Assembly: GCA_043819795.1 (NCBI GenBank)
Contig: JBDREN010000122.1
Location: 1-17,991 of the forward strand
DNA: 17,991 bases
Reading direction: 5' to 3'
Origin: Elusimicrobiota bacterium
GTDB taxonomy: Bacteria; Elusimicrobiota; Elusimicrobia; UBA1565
The notes below the pieces were generated by a model that did no database searches, was not told where the DNA came from, and saw only the letters and a list, made by a program, of their open reading frames with translations. The translations under genes and the position numbers were made by a program. Below, one piece after another: positions 1 to 9,145 of this stretch. Positions within the stretch are counted from its first letter, which is position 1. Each line of letters begins with the position of its first letter.

Positions 1-1959
<1,959 letters not shown>

Positions 1960-1972
1960 GGGATGTTTTCAA

Positions 1973-1981
1973 ATATTACCA
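1973..1981 (-). promoter_or_regulatory. Putative extended -10 element (TGG-TAATAT) for secA
   Basis: Minus strand reads tggTAATATttgaaaacatcccATG. No Shine-Dalgarno is visible, which implies a very short leader. Confidence 0.45.
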
Positions 1982-2022
1982 TATTCCCCCGTCTCAAAGG
2001 GCCGCGGCGAACCCCGGGTTTT

Positions 2023-2036
2023 CCGGGAATTCCCGG
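2023..2036. promoter_or_regulatory. Perfect 14-bp palindrome CCGGGAATTCCCGG in the secA/hom divergent region, possible operator
   Basis: Directly visible. Smaller dyads GCCGCGGC (2001-2008) and AACCC-C-GGGTT (2010-2020) lie next to it. Confidence 0.35.
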
Positions 2037-2069
2037 TGGAATTCTCAAAATCCCGTTCCGCGACAATTT

Positions 2070-2085
2070 TGATAGACTCTACCCA
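2070..2085 (+). promoter_or_regulatory. Extended -10 promoter (TGa-TAGACT) placing +1 on the hom ATG (leaderless)
   Basis: TAGACT at 2073-2078 with TG at 2070-2071, exactly 6 nt before ATG 2085. No SD. Confidence 0.6.
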
Positions 2086-3434
2086 TGGATAAGCGTCCAA
2101 GACGCGGCCGCCCGCTCGGCGTGGCGATCGCCGGCCTCGGCAACGTAGGCCGGGAGACCGCCCGCCTGCTGACGGCCAACCGGGCCAAGTTCTCCGCGCG
2201 CCTGGGCGGCGACCTGAGGCTCGCCTGGGTCTGCGAGCGCCGCGCCTCGGCCCGGCGGATGGGCCTTCCGGGCTCGGTCCGCCGCGCGACCGACTTCGCC
2301 CCCCTGCTGCGCGACCCCGCGGTCGACATCGTCATCGAGCTCTTCGGCGGCGTGCGGCACGCCCGGCGGCTGGTGCTCGACGCGCTCGCCGCCGGCAAGC
2401 ACGTGGTCACCGCCAACAAGCACCTTCTCTCGCAGTGCTGGAACGAGGTCTGCGCGGCCTCGCGCCGGCACGAGCGCTCCGTATACTTCGAGGCGGCCGT
2501 GGCCGGCGGCATCCCCATCGTCCAAGCCATCCGTTTTGGCCTGGCGGCCAACCGGATCGACACCGTATACGGAATCTTCAACGGGACGACGAACCACATA
2601 CTCTCGCAGATGGCCCATGAGGGCTGCGAGATGGCCGACGCCCTGCGCGAGGCCCAGCGCCTGGGGATGGCCGAGGCCGACCCGACCCTCGATCTCAACG
2701 GGACCGATACGGCCCACAAGATCTCGATCGTGGCGTCCATGCTGACGGGGAACTGGCTGCCGCCGGACCGCATCCCCCGCCAGGGGATCGAGCGCATCGA
2801 GGCCGAGGATATCGGCTTCGCGGTGCGCTCGCTCGGGCGCACGGTCCGCCTCATCGGAACGATCGCCCCGCGTTGGGACGCCCGGCCCGTGAGCGTCGAG
2901 GCCCACGTGCAGCCGACCCTCGTGCCGCTCAAGCATCCCCTGGCCGCCGTCCACGGCGGCTACAACGCGGTGATCGTGCAGGCCTCGGCCGCCGACGACC
3001 TCATGTTCTACGGAAAGGGGGCCGGCCCCGGCCCGGCCGCGAGCGCGGTCCTGGCCGACCTGCTCGCCCTCGGCGGAGAGATCCTCGGCGGCGGGGCCCC
3101 CACGTATCCCTCCGGGCCCCAAGAAGGCGGGAATGCCCGCCACCGCATCGCTTCCCCCGTAGAGGAGTCTGAAGCGCCCTATTACCTGAAGCTCCGCGTG
3201 CGCGACGTGCCCGGAGCGCTCTCGCGCATCACCGGGATCCTCGGACGGGCCGGCATCTCCATCGCGCGGATCCACCAGGACGCCCGCGCGGCCGGCCGCG
3301 GACGGGCCGTGCCGGTGATGATCCTCACCCATGCGGCGCGACGCGCGCTCATCGACCGCGCGCGGCGCGCCATCACGGCCCTGCCCATGGTCGACCGCGC
3401 GCACTCCTGCCTCCGCCTGCTGCCCGACTCATGA
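2085..3434 (+). CDS. hom: Homoserine dehydrogenase with C-terminal ACT domain
   Basis: GLGNVG Rossmann motif, HVVTANK, FEAAVAGGIP, GIFNGTTN, AEADPTLD, YGKGAG; ACT start RDVPGAL. Confidence 0.96.
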   Translation: MDKRPRRGRPLGVAIAGLGNVGRETARLLTANRAKFSARLGGDLRLAWVCERRASARRMGLPGSVRRATDFAPLLRDPAVDIVIELFGGVRHARRLVLDALAAGKHVVTANKHLLSQCWNEVCAASRRHERSVYFEAAVAGGIPIVQAIRFGLAANRIDTVYGIFNGTTNHILSQMAHEGCEMADALREAQRLGMAEADPTLDLNGTDTAHKISIVASMLTGNWLPPDRIPRQGIERIEAEDIGFAVRSLGRTVRLIGTIAPRWDARPVSVEAHVQPTLVPLKHPLAAVHGGYNAVIVQASAADDLMFYGKGAGPGPAASAVLADLLALGGEILGGGAPTYPSGPQEGGNARHRIASPVEESEAPYYLKLRVRDVPGALSRITGILGRAGISIARIHQDARAAGRGRAVPVMILTHAARRALIDRARRAITALPMVDRAHSCLRLLPDS

Positions 3435-4600
3435 CGCGCCAGCCGCCAACGCCAATCCTGAGGGCGGCGGGCACGGCCCCCCTCCGGGGTCGAGGCCGCG
3501 CCGGGCGGACCGCTCTCATTTGGAGATACCGGACGCGCCTGCCGGTCGCCCGCAAGACTCCGATCGTCACGCTCTTCGAAGGGGACACCCCTCTCGTTCC
3601 CGCCCCCCGCCTGGCCGAGCGCGCGGGCCTTCCGGAGGGAGCCGTTTATCTGAAGATCGAGGGCGCCAACCCCACGGCCTCCTTCAAGGACCGCGGGATG
3701 ACCCTGGCCATCTCGAAAGCCGTGGAGGAGGGCGCCCGGGGCGTCATCTGCGCCTCCACGGGGAACACGGCCGCATCGGCCGCGGCCTACGCGGCCCGGG
3801 CCGGCCTGCCCTGCGTCGTCATTTTGCCCGCCGGGGCGGTGGCCGCCGGCAAGCTCTCCCAGTCGCTCATGCACGGCGCCCAGGTCATCGCGGTGCGCGG
3901 CAACTTCGACCGGGCGCTCGAACTCGCCAGGACCGTGGCGGAGCAGGAACGCTGGACACTGGTCAACTCCCTGAACCCCTACCGCATCGAGGGCCAGAAG
4001 ACCGGGGCTTTCGAGATCTGCGAGGCCCTGGGCCGCGCGCCCGACTACCAGTTCATGCCGGTGGGCAACGCGGGGAACATCACGGCCTACTGGCTGGGCT
4101 ACCGGGAGCTGCACGCCGCGCGCGGGACCGGCCTTCCGCGCATGATGGGCTGGCAGGCGGCCGGTTCCGCGCCCATCGTCCTTGGGCGTCCGGTCCGGAA
4201 GCCCAAGACGTTCGCGACCGCCATCCGCATCGGCAACCCCGTGTCGTGGCGCCGCGCGGAGAGCGCGCGCGACGAAAGCGGCGGACATATCGGCAAGGTG
4301 ACGGACAGGGAGATCCTTTCAGCCTACCGCCTGCTCGCCGCGGAGGAAGGGGTCTTCTGCGAGCCCTCGAGCGCCGCGGGCGTCGCGGGACTCCTGCGCT
4401 TCGCGAAAGAAAACAGCTTCAAAAGGAAGAAAGCCGATAAGCGCAAGCCGGCCGACGCCGGCTTGCTGATCGCCTGCATCCTGACCGGGCACGGCCTCAA
4501 GGACCCGGACTCCCCGAAGCGCATCCGCCACCGTTTCACGGAAATAGCCCCGGAGCTGGCCGCGGTCCGCCGCATCTTGAGGAGATGCCATGCAGACTAG
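3431..4600 (+). CDS. thrC: Threonine synthase (PLP-dependent)
   Basis: KIEGANPTASFKDRGM (PLP lysine), CASTGNT, NSLNPYRIEGQKT, PVGNAGN, LTGHGLKD; ATGA overlap with hom. Confidence 0.96.
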   Translation: MTRQPPTPILRAAGTAPLRGRGRAGRTALIWRYRTRLPVARKTPIVTLFEGDTPLVPAPRLAERAGLPEGAVYLKIEGANPTASFKDRGMTLAISKAVEEGARGVICASTGNTAASAAAYAARAGLPCVVILPAGAVAAGKLSQSLMHGAQVIAVRGNFDRALELARTVAEQERWTLVNSLNPYRIEGQKTGAFEICEALGRAPDYQFMPVGNAGNITAYWLGYRELHAARGTGLPRMMGWQAAGSAPIVLGRPVRKPKTFATAIRIGNPVSWRRAESARDESGGHIGKVTDREILSAYRLLAAEEGVFCEPSSAAGVAGLLRFAKENSFKRKKADKRKPADAGLLIACILTGHGLKDPDSPKRIRHRFTEIAPELAAVRRILRRCHAD

Positions 4601-5573
4601 GGAGTCCTCGACCCGCATCCGAGTCCGAGTCCCCGCCACCACGAGCAACCTCGGCCCGGGCTTCGACGTGCTCGGCATGGCGCTCCAGCTCTACTGCGAG
4701 CTGGACCTCAAGGTCTACTGGCGCCAGGCGCTGGAGCCTTCGGAGCCGGCCCGCCCTCGGCCCGCGACCGTCCGCGTGGACCTCGCGGGCGAGGGAGCCG
4801 ATGCCCTGCCGCGCGACGAGTCCAATATGGTCGTCCGCTCCTTCGACAGCGTCTGTCCGACCAAGTACTGGGACGGCACCCTGCTTCACTTCGCGATCAA
4901 GAACGGCATCCCCGTTTGGCGCGGCCTGGGCTCGAGCGCCGCGGCCCGTCTGTGCGGGCTGCTCGCGGGGGACGCGCTGCTCCACGTCCTGGAGGTCAAG
5001 GCCGAATCCCCCCTGGAGATCGTGGAGCGCGCCTGCGAGTTCGAAGGCCATCCCGACAACGCCGTGCCCGCGTTCTACGGCGGCCTGCGCGCCTCCCTTT
5101 GGAACGGCGGGGACCTGCTTCACTTCGGGCTCAAGGTCCCCAAGGACCTGGGCGTGGTCGTATGCGTCCCCGATTTCAAGGTCCCGACCGAGAAGGCGCG
5201 CAAGGTCCTGCCCAAGAAGGTATCGCTCCGGGACGCCGTCCATACGGCCTCGCACCTCGCCTTCCTAATCAAAGCCCTGGAGAGCGGGGAGTACGCCTGG
5301 CTCAAGACGGCCATGCAGGACGTCTTGCACCAGCCCTACCGCAAGCCCCTGGTCCGGGGCATGGACGCGGTGATCCGTGACGCGCTCAAGGCCGGCGCCT
5401 TCGGCGCGGCCCTCTCCGGTTCCGGACCGACCGTGCTGGCGCTGACCCTGCGCGGGCCCAAGCAGGCCAAGGTCGGGCGCGCGATGCAGAAGGCGTTCCT
5501 CCGCCACGGCAAGGAAAGCCGCTACCTCGCGCTCGACGTGGACAACAAGGGAGCGGTCATCGACACGCGATGA
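4590..5573 (+). CDS. thrB: Homoserine kinase (GHMP family)
   Basis: VPATTSNLGPGFDVLG, RGLGSSAA, EGHPDNAVPA, LHQPYR, LSGSGPT; GAGGAG SD upstream; 11-nt overlap with thrC. Confidence 0.96.
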   Translation: MQTRESSTRIRVRVPATTSNLGPGFDVLGMALQLYCELDLKVYWRQALEPSEPARPRPATVRVDLAGEGADALPRDESNMVVRSFDSVCPTKYWDGTLLHFAIKNGIPVWRGLGSSAAARLCGLLAGDALLHVLEVKAESPLEIVERACEFEGHPDNAVPAFYGGLRASLWNGGDLLHFGLKVPKDLGVVVCVPDFKVPTEKARKVLPKKVSLRDAVHTASHLAFLIKALESGEYAWLKTAMQDVLHQPYRKPLVRGMDAVIRDALKAGAFGAALSGSGPTVLALTLRGPKQAKVGRAMQKAFLRHGKESRYLALDVDNKGAVIDTR

Positions 5574-6799
5574 GACATCCGACGGTGGTCATGAAGTTCG
5601 GCGGCACCTCGGTCGCCGACCCCGAGAAGATCCAGCACGCGGCCGATTGGGCCATCGCGGCGCGCCGCCGCGGAGCCCGCGTCGTGGTGGTCGTCTCCGC
5701 GCCCGGCAAGATGACCGACCAGCTGCTCGCGCTCGCCCACCGCATCGACCCGCAGCCGGACTCCCGGGAGCTCGACGTGCTCGTCTCCACCGGGGAGATG
5801 GTGGGCGTCTCTCTCTTCGCGATGGCCTGCAGAGCCCGGAAGGTCCCGGCCATCTCGCTGAGCGGCCCCCAGGCCGGCATCTACGCCGACGAGCGCCATA
5901 CGCGCTCGGCCATCACCCGGATCCGGCCGACGAAGATCCTTGAAGAGCTGAGCGCCAGCAACATCGTGGTCGTGGCCGGCTTCCAGGGGCTTAACCCCCG
6001 GGCCGACATCACGACGCTCGGACGCGGCGGCTCGGACCTGACCGCCGTGGCCTTGGCCGCGGTCCTCAAGGCCGACAGCTGCGAGATCTTCACCGACGTG
6101 AAGGGGGTCTACACGGCCGACCCCCGCCTGGTCCCCGACGCCCGCAAAATGGCGCGCATCTCCTACGACGAGATGCTCGAGCTCTCGGGGGCCGGCGCCC
6201 AGGTCATGCTGGCCCGCTCGATCGAGGTGGCCCAGCGCTACGGCATCCCGATCCACGTACGCTCGGCTTTTCACCCGGTGCCGGGCACCTGGATCTCGGC
6301 GAGATCGGAGGAGCATATGGAGAAGGCGCACGTTTCGAGTCTCACTATCGACAAGGGCGAGATCCGGGTCGGCATCGTGGACGTCCCCGACCGCCCCGGC
6401 ATCGCGGCCAAGGTCCTGGCCGAGCTCGCGGCCAACGACGTCCCGGCCGACATGATCGTCCAGTCCGCGCCGACCACGAGGGGCGTCAACGACATCTCCT
6501 TCACGACCCCGCGCTCGCGCGCGGCGGCCGCCAAGGAGTCCCTCACGCGCCTGGCCCGCTCGCTCGGCGGCGCGCGCGTCGACATCCACGACCAGGTCGT
6601 CAAGCTGACGGCCGTGGGCACCGGCTTCCGCCGCGACCCCTCGGTCGGCGCCAAGATGTTCAGCACCCTGGCCGCCAACCGCATCAACATCCAGATGATC
6701 AGCGCCTCGGACCTCAGGATCTCCTGCGTGATCGACCGCCGCCACGCCGAGACGGCCCTGCGGGTCCTGCACAAGGCCTTCGGCCTCAGCCGTAAATAA
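5570..6799 (+). CDS. lysC: Aspartate kinase (alpha subunit, two C-terminal ACT domains)
   Basis: VMKFGGTSV, VVVVSAPG, TTLGRGGSDLTAVA, TDVKGVYTADP, ACT motif PDRPGIAA; ATGA overlap with thrB. Confidence 0.95.
   Translation: MRHPTVVMKFGGTSVADPEKIQHAADWAIAARRRGARVVVVVSAPGKMTDQLLALAHRIDPQPDSRELDVLVSTGEMVGVSLFAMACRARKVPAISLSGPQAGIYADERHTRSAITRIRPTKILEELSASNIVVVAGFQGLNPRADITTLGRGGSDLTAVALAAVLKADSCEIFTDVKGVYTADPRLVPDARKMARISYDEMLELSGAGAQVMLARSIEVAQRYGIPIHVRSAFHPVPGTWISARSEEHMEKAHVSSLTIDKGEIRVGIVDVPDRPGIAAKVLAELAANDVPADMIVQSAPTTRGVNDISFTTPRSRAAAAKESLTRLARSLGGARVDIHDQVVKLTAVGTGFRRDPSVGAKMFSTLAANRINIQMISASDLRISCVIDRRHAETALRVLHKAFGLSRK
6317..6799 (+). CDS. Predicted aspartate kinase beta subunit (160 aa) from an in-frame internal start at Met250
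   Basis: GGAGG (6307-6311), 5 nt, then in-frame ATG 6317 at the kinase/ACT boundary, as in alpha2beta2 aspartokinases. Confidence 0.75.
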   Translation: MEKAHVSSLTIDKGEIRVGIVDVPDRPGIAAKVLAELAANDVPADMIVQSAPTTRGVNDISFTTPRSRAAAAKESLTRLARSLGGARVDIHDQVVKLTAVGTGFRRDPSVGAKMFSTLAANRINIQMISASDLRISCVIDRRHAETALRVLHKAFGLSRK

Positions 6800-6805
6800 C
6801 GGTAA

Positions 6806-6914
6806 CGGTGTCGGGCTTCAACTCATGCGGCTTATTTGACTTTCGAAAACCGGTCGCACAAGTCTCCATCTCAAAATAGGTTCCGAAAGTTGCATAAGTT
6901 GAAGCCTGACACCG
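6806..6914. repeat. Long imperfect inverted repeat (28-bp arms, 53-nt spacer), REP-doublet/MITE-like
   Basis: CGGTGTCGGGCTTCAACTCATGCGGCTT (6806-6833) pairs with AAGTTGCATAAGTTGAAGCCTGACACCG (6887-6914): 24 Watson-Crick pairs, 3 G-U and 1 mismatch. Confidence 0.8.
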
Positions 6915-6955
6915 GGATTAAGTTACAGTCTGACGCTAAAGACTAAGGAGACGCC

Positions 6956-7354
6956 ATGAAGACCGTCCGCTCCAAACCGGCCAAGGACTCCGCCACCCAG
7001 CTGGCTGACTTCATCCTGCCGTCGCACGCCAACACGCTGGGCACCGTCTTCGGAGGCAAGATCCTGGAGATGGTGGACAAGGCCGCCGGCGTGTGCGCCA
7101 TGCGGCACTCCGGCAAGCCCTGCGTCACCGTGGCCATGGATCGCGTGGAGTTCCTGTTCCCCATCCGGGTGGGGGACCTCATCATCGTGGAGGCGCGCGC
7201 GAGAGAGGTAGGCCGGACGTCGATGAAGATCGGAGTGGACGTCTACGCCGAGGACGTCAAGCGCGGGCGGCGGACGCGAACCAACTCCTGCCAGGTCACC
7301 ATGGTCGCGGTGGATAGCCGCGGACGGCCCTCGCCGGTACCCCGCCTGAAGTAG
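6956..7354 (+). CDS. Acyl-CoA thioesterase (hot-dog fold, YciA-like)
   Basis: PSHANTLGTVFGGKILEMVD, VTVAMDRVEF, VGRTSM, MVAVD; TAAGGAG SD. Confidence 0.92.
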   Translation: MKTVRSKPAKDSATQLADFILPSHANTLGTVFGGKILEMVDKAAGVCAMRHSGKPCVTVAMDRVEFLFPIRVGDLIIVEARAREVGRTSMKIGVDVYAEDVKRGRRTRTNSCQVTMVAVDSRGRPSPVPRLK

Positions 7355-7368
7355 CAGCCGCCGCCTCT

Positions 7369-9081
7369 TCAGCGCCCGGCCGGGCGCCCGCCCTTTCTGG
7401 GGTCGCTGGCGCCGTAGAGGACGTCTCCATCCTTATAAATCACCTGGCAGATCCCGGCGTGGCTCTTGTAGCGGGCCAGCCGGTGCCCGCTGTCGAGCAG
7501 GCGCATCCGGATGGCCGCGGGGAGGCCCTCCTCCACGCGCACGAGGTCCGGGCTCCACTGATGGTGGACGCGCTTGGCGGCCACGGCCTCGTCCGGACGC
7601 AGGCCGAAGTCCACGATGTTGACGATGGCCTGGAGGGTAGCCGTGATGATCCGGGGCCCGCCGGAGGCTCCGGCCGCGAGCACGGCCTCTCCGTCCTTGA
7701 GGAGCAGGGTGGGGGACATGCTGCTCATGGGCCGGTGGCCCGGCCGAATGAGGTTCCTGTCGGGAATCGGCAGGCCGAACTCGTCGGGCGCCCCGACCCT
7801 CACCCTGAAGTCGTCGAGCTCGTCGTTGAGCACGACGCCGGTCCCCGGCGGCACGACCAGGGACCCGAACGCGTGGTTGATGGACTCGGTGGCGGCCACG
7901 GCGTTGCCGTGGCGGTCGAAGACGTTGTAGTGCGTGGTCCCCTGGTCGTCCTTGAGCCAGTGGACGCCGTATCGCGTCGGCTCCCCGGTCCGGTCGGACC
8001 GTATGGCCGCGCGCGCGCGCGCGGCCCTCTCCGGCGAAATCATCCCGGCGGCGTCCTCCGCGATCTCGGGCTGGGCGTCCGGGTCGCCCAGGAAAGCGGC
8101 CCGGTCCGCGAAGGCGTGCTTCATGCTCTCCACCATGAAGTGGTAGTAGGAGGGGGCGTCCAGCTCCTTCGGATCATAGCCGTCGAGCACCTGCAGCATC
8201 TGGATCAGGCAGGCCCCGCCCGAGCTGGGCGGCGGCATCCCCATCACCTCGAAGCCGCGGAACCGCCCGCGAAGGGGCGTGCGGACCTTCACCTCGTAGG
8301 CGGCCAGGTCGTCGGCGGTCATCGGCCCGCCGTGCCGCTCCATGTCCGCCGCGATCAGTCCGGCGATCCTGCCGCGGTAGAGCGCGTCCGGGCCCTCCGC
8401 CGCCACCGCGCGGAGGGTCGCTGCCAGATCCGGCTGGCGCAAAGTCTCGCCCAAGGCGTAGGGCTTGCCGTCCTTGAGGAAGATTCGCGCAATCTCGGCG
8501 CCCCACTCCCCGGGATCGGGCAGCTCTTTCAAACGCTCGGCGAGCCGCTTCATGGCCTTGCGGGTCATCGCGTCCACCGGGAAGCCCGTCTCCGCGAGCT
8601 CGATGGCCGGAGCCGCGACGTCGGCCAGCTCCATCGTCCCGTAGGTCCTAAGCGCCTGATCCAGCCCGCGGATCTCCCCCGGGACGCCCGCGGCCCAGTG
8701 GCCGGACATCGTCTTGCCGGCAATCACCTCGCCGCCCCCATCCACGTAAGCCGCCGGGACCGCGGCCGCGGGGGCCGTCTCGCGATAATCAAGGATGGCC
8801 GGCTCCTTGCCGCGGAACTTGATGAGCATGAAGCCGCCGCCCCCGACGCCCGCGCTGAAAGGACGCGTCACGGCCAGGGCCAGCGACGTGGCCACAGCCG
8901 CGTCCACGGCGTTGCCGCCCGCCTCCAGGATGCGCGCGCCGACCTCGGAGGCCACGGGGTGGTCCGCGGCGACCATCTGCTCCCGTCCCTCGAGTCCCCA
9001 GGTCCGCGGCGCGTCCGGCAGGCCGCCATGGGCGCACCCCGACAGCGCCGCCGCGATCAACAACAATGACAATCGTTTCAT
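7369..9081 (-). CDS. ggt: Gamma-glutamyltransferase, predicted lipoprotein
   Basis: GGNAVDAAVA, GGGGF, DYRETAP, PPPSSGG, autocleavage site QG/TTHY, RPMSSMSP, GASDPRK. Lipobox LSGC. The second ATG (9081) sits 6 nt after a GGAG SD; alternative start 9087. Confidence 0.94.
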   Translation of the reverse strand: MKRLSLLLIAAALSGCAHGGLPDAPRTWGLEGREQMVAADHPVASEVGARILEAGGNAVDAAVATSLALAVTRPFSAGVGGGGFMLIKFRGKEPAILDYRETAPAAAVPAAYVDGGGEVIAGKTMSGHWAAGVPGEIRGLDQALRTYGTMELADVAAPAIELAETGFPVDAMTRKAMKRLAERLKELPDPGEWGAEIARIFLKDGKPYALGETLRQPDLAATLRAVAAEGPDALYRGRIAGLIAADMERHGGPMTADDLAAYEVKVRTPLRGRFRGFEVMGMPPPSSGGACLIQMLQVLDGYDPKELDAPSYYHFMVESMKHAFADRAAFLGDPDAQPEIAEDAAGMISPERAARARAAIRSDRTGEPTRYGVHWLKDDQGTTHYNVFDRHGNAVAATESINHAFGSLVVPPGTGVVLNDELDDFRVRVGAPDEFGLPIPDRNLIRPGHRPMSSMSPTLLLKDGEAVLAAGASGGPRIITATLQAIVNIVDFGLRPDEAVAAKRVHHQWSPDLVRVEEGLPAAIRMRLLDSGHRLARYKSHAGICQVIYKDGDVLYGASDPRKGGRPAGR

Positions 9082-9113
9082 GGGCATCTCCGGGAAGAGG
9101 CTTCCTTGAATGG

Positions 9114-9119
9114 ATTATA
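9114..9119 (-). promoter_or_regulatory. Consensus -10 TATAAT upstream of ggt
   Basis: Perfect TATAAT in the short gap between the M16 peptidase gene and ggt. No good -35 at 17 bp. Confidence 0.55.
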
Positions 9120-9145
9120 CGAAAGGAGGACTTTCCCGCGGGGAA

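Noticed and set aside
2045..2084. Threonine leader-peptide attenuator before hom
   Set aside because: No Thr/Ile-rich ORF or terminator, and promoter geometry indicates a leaderless transcript.
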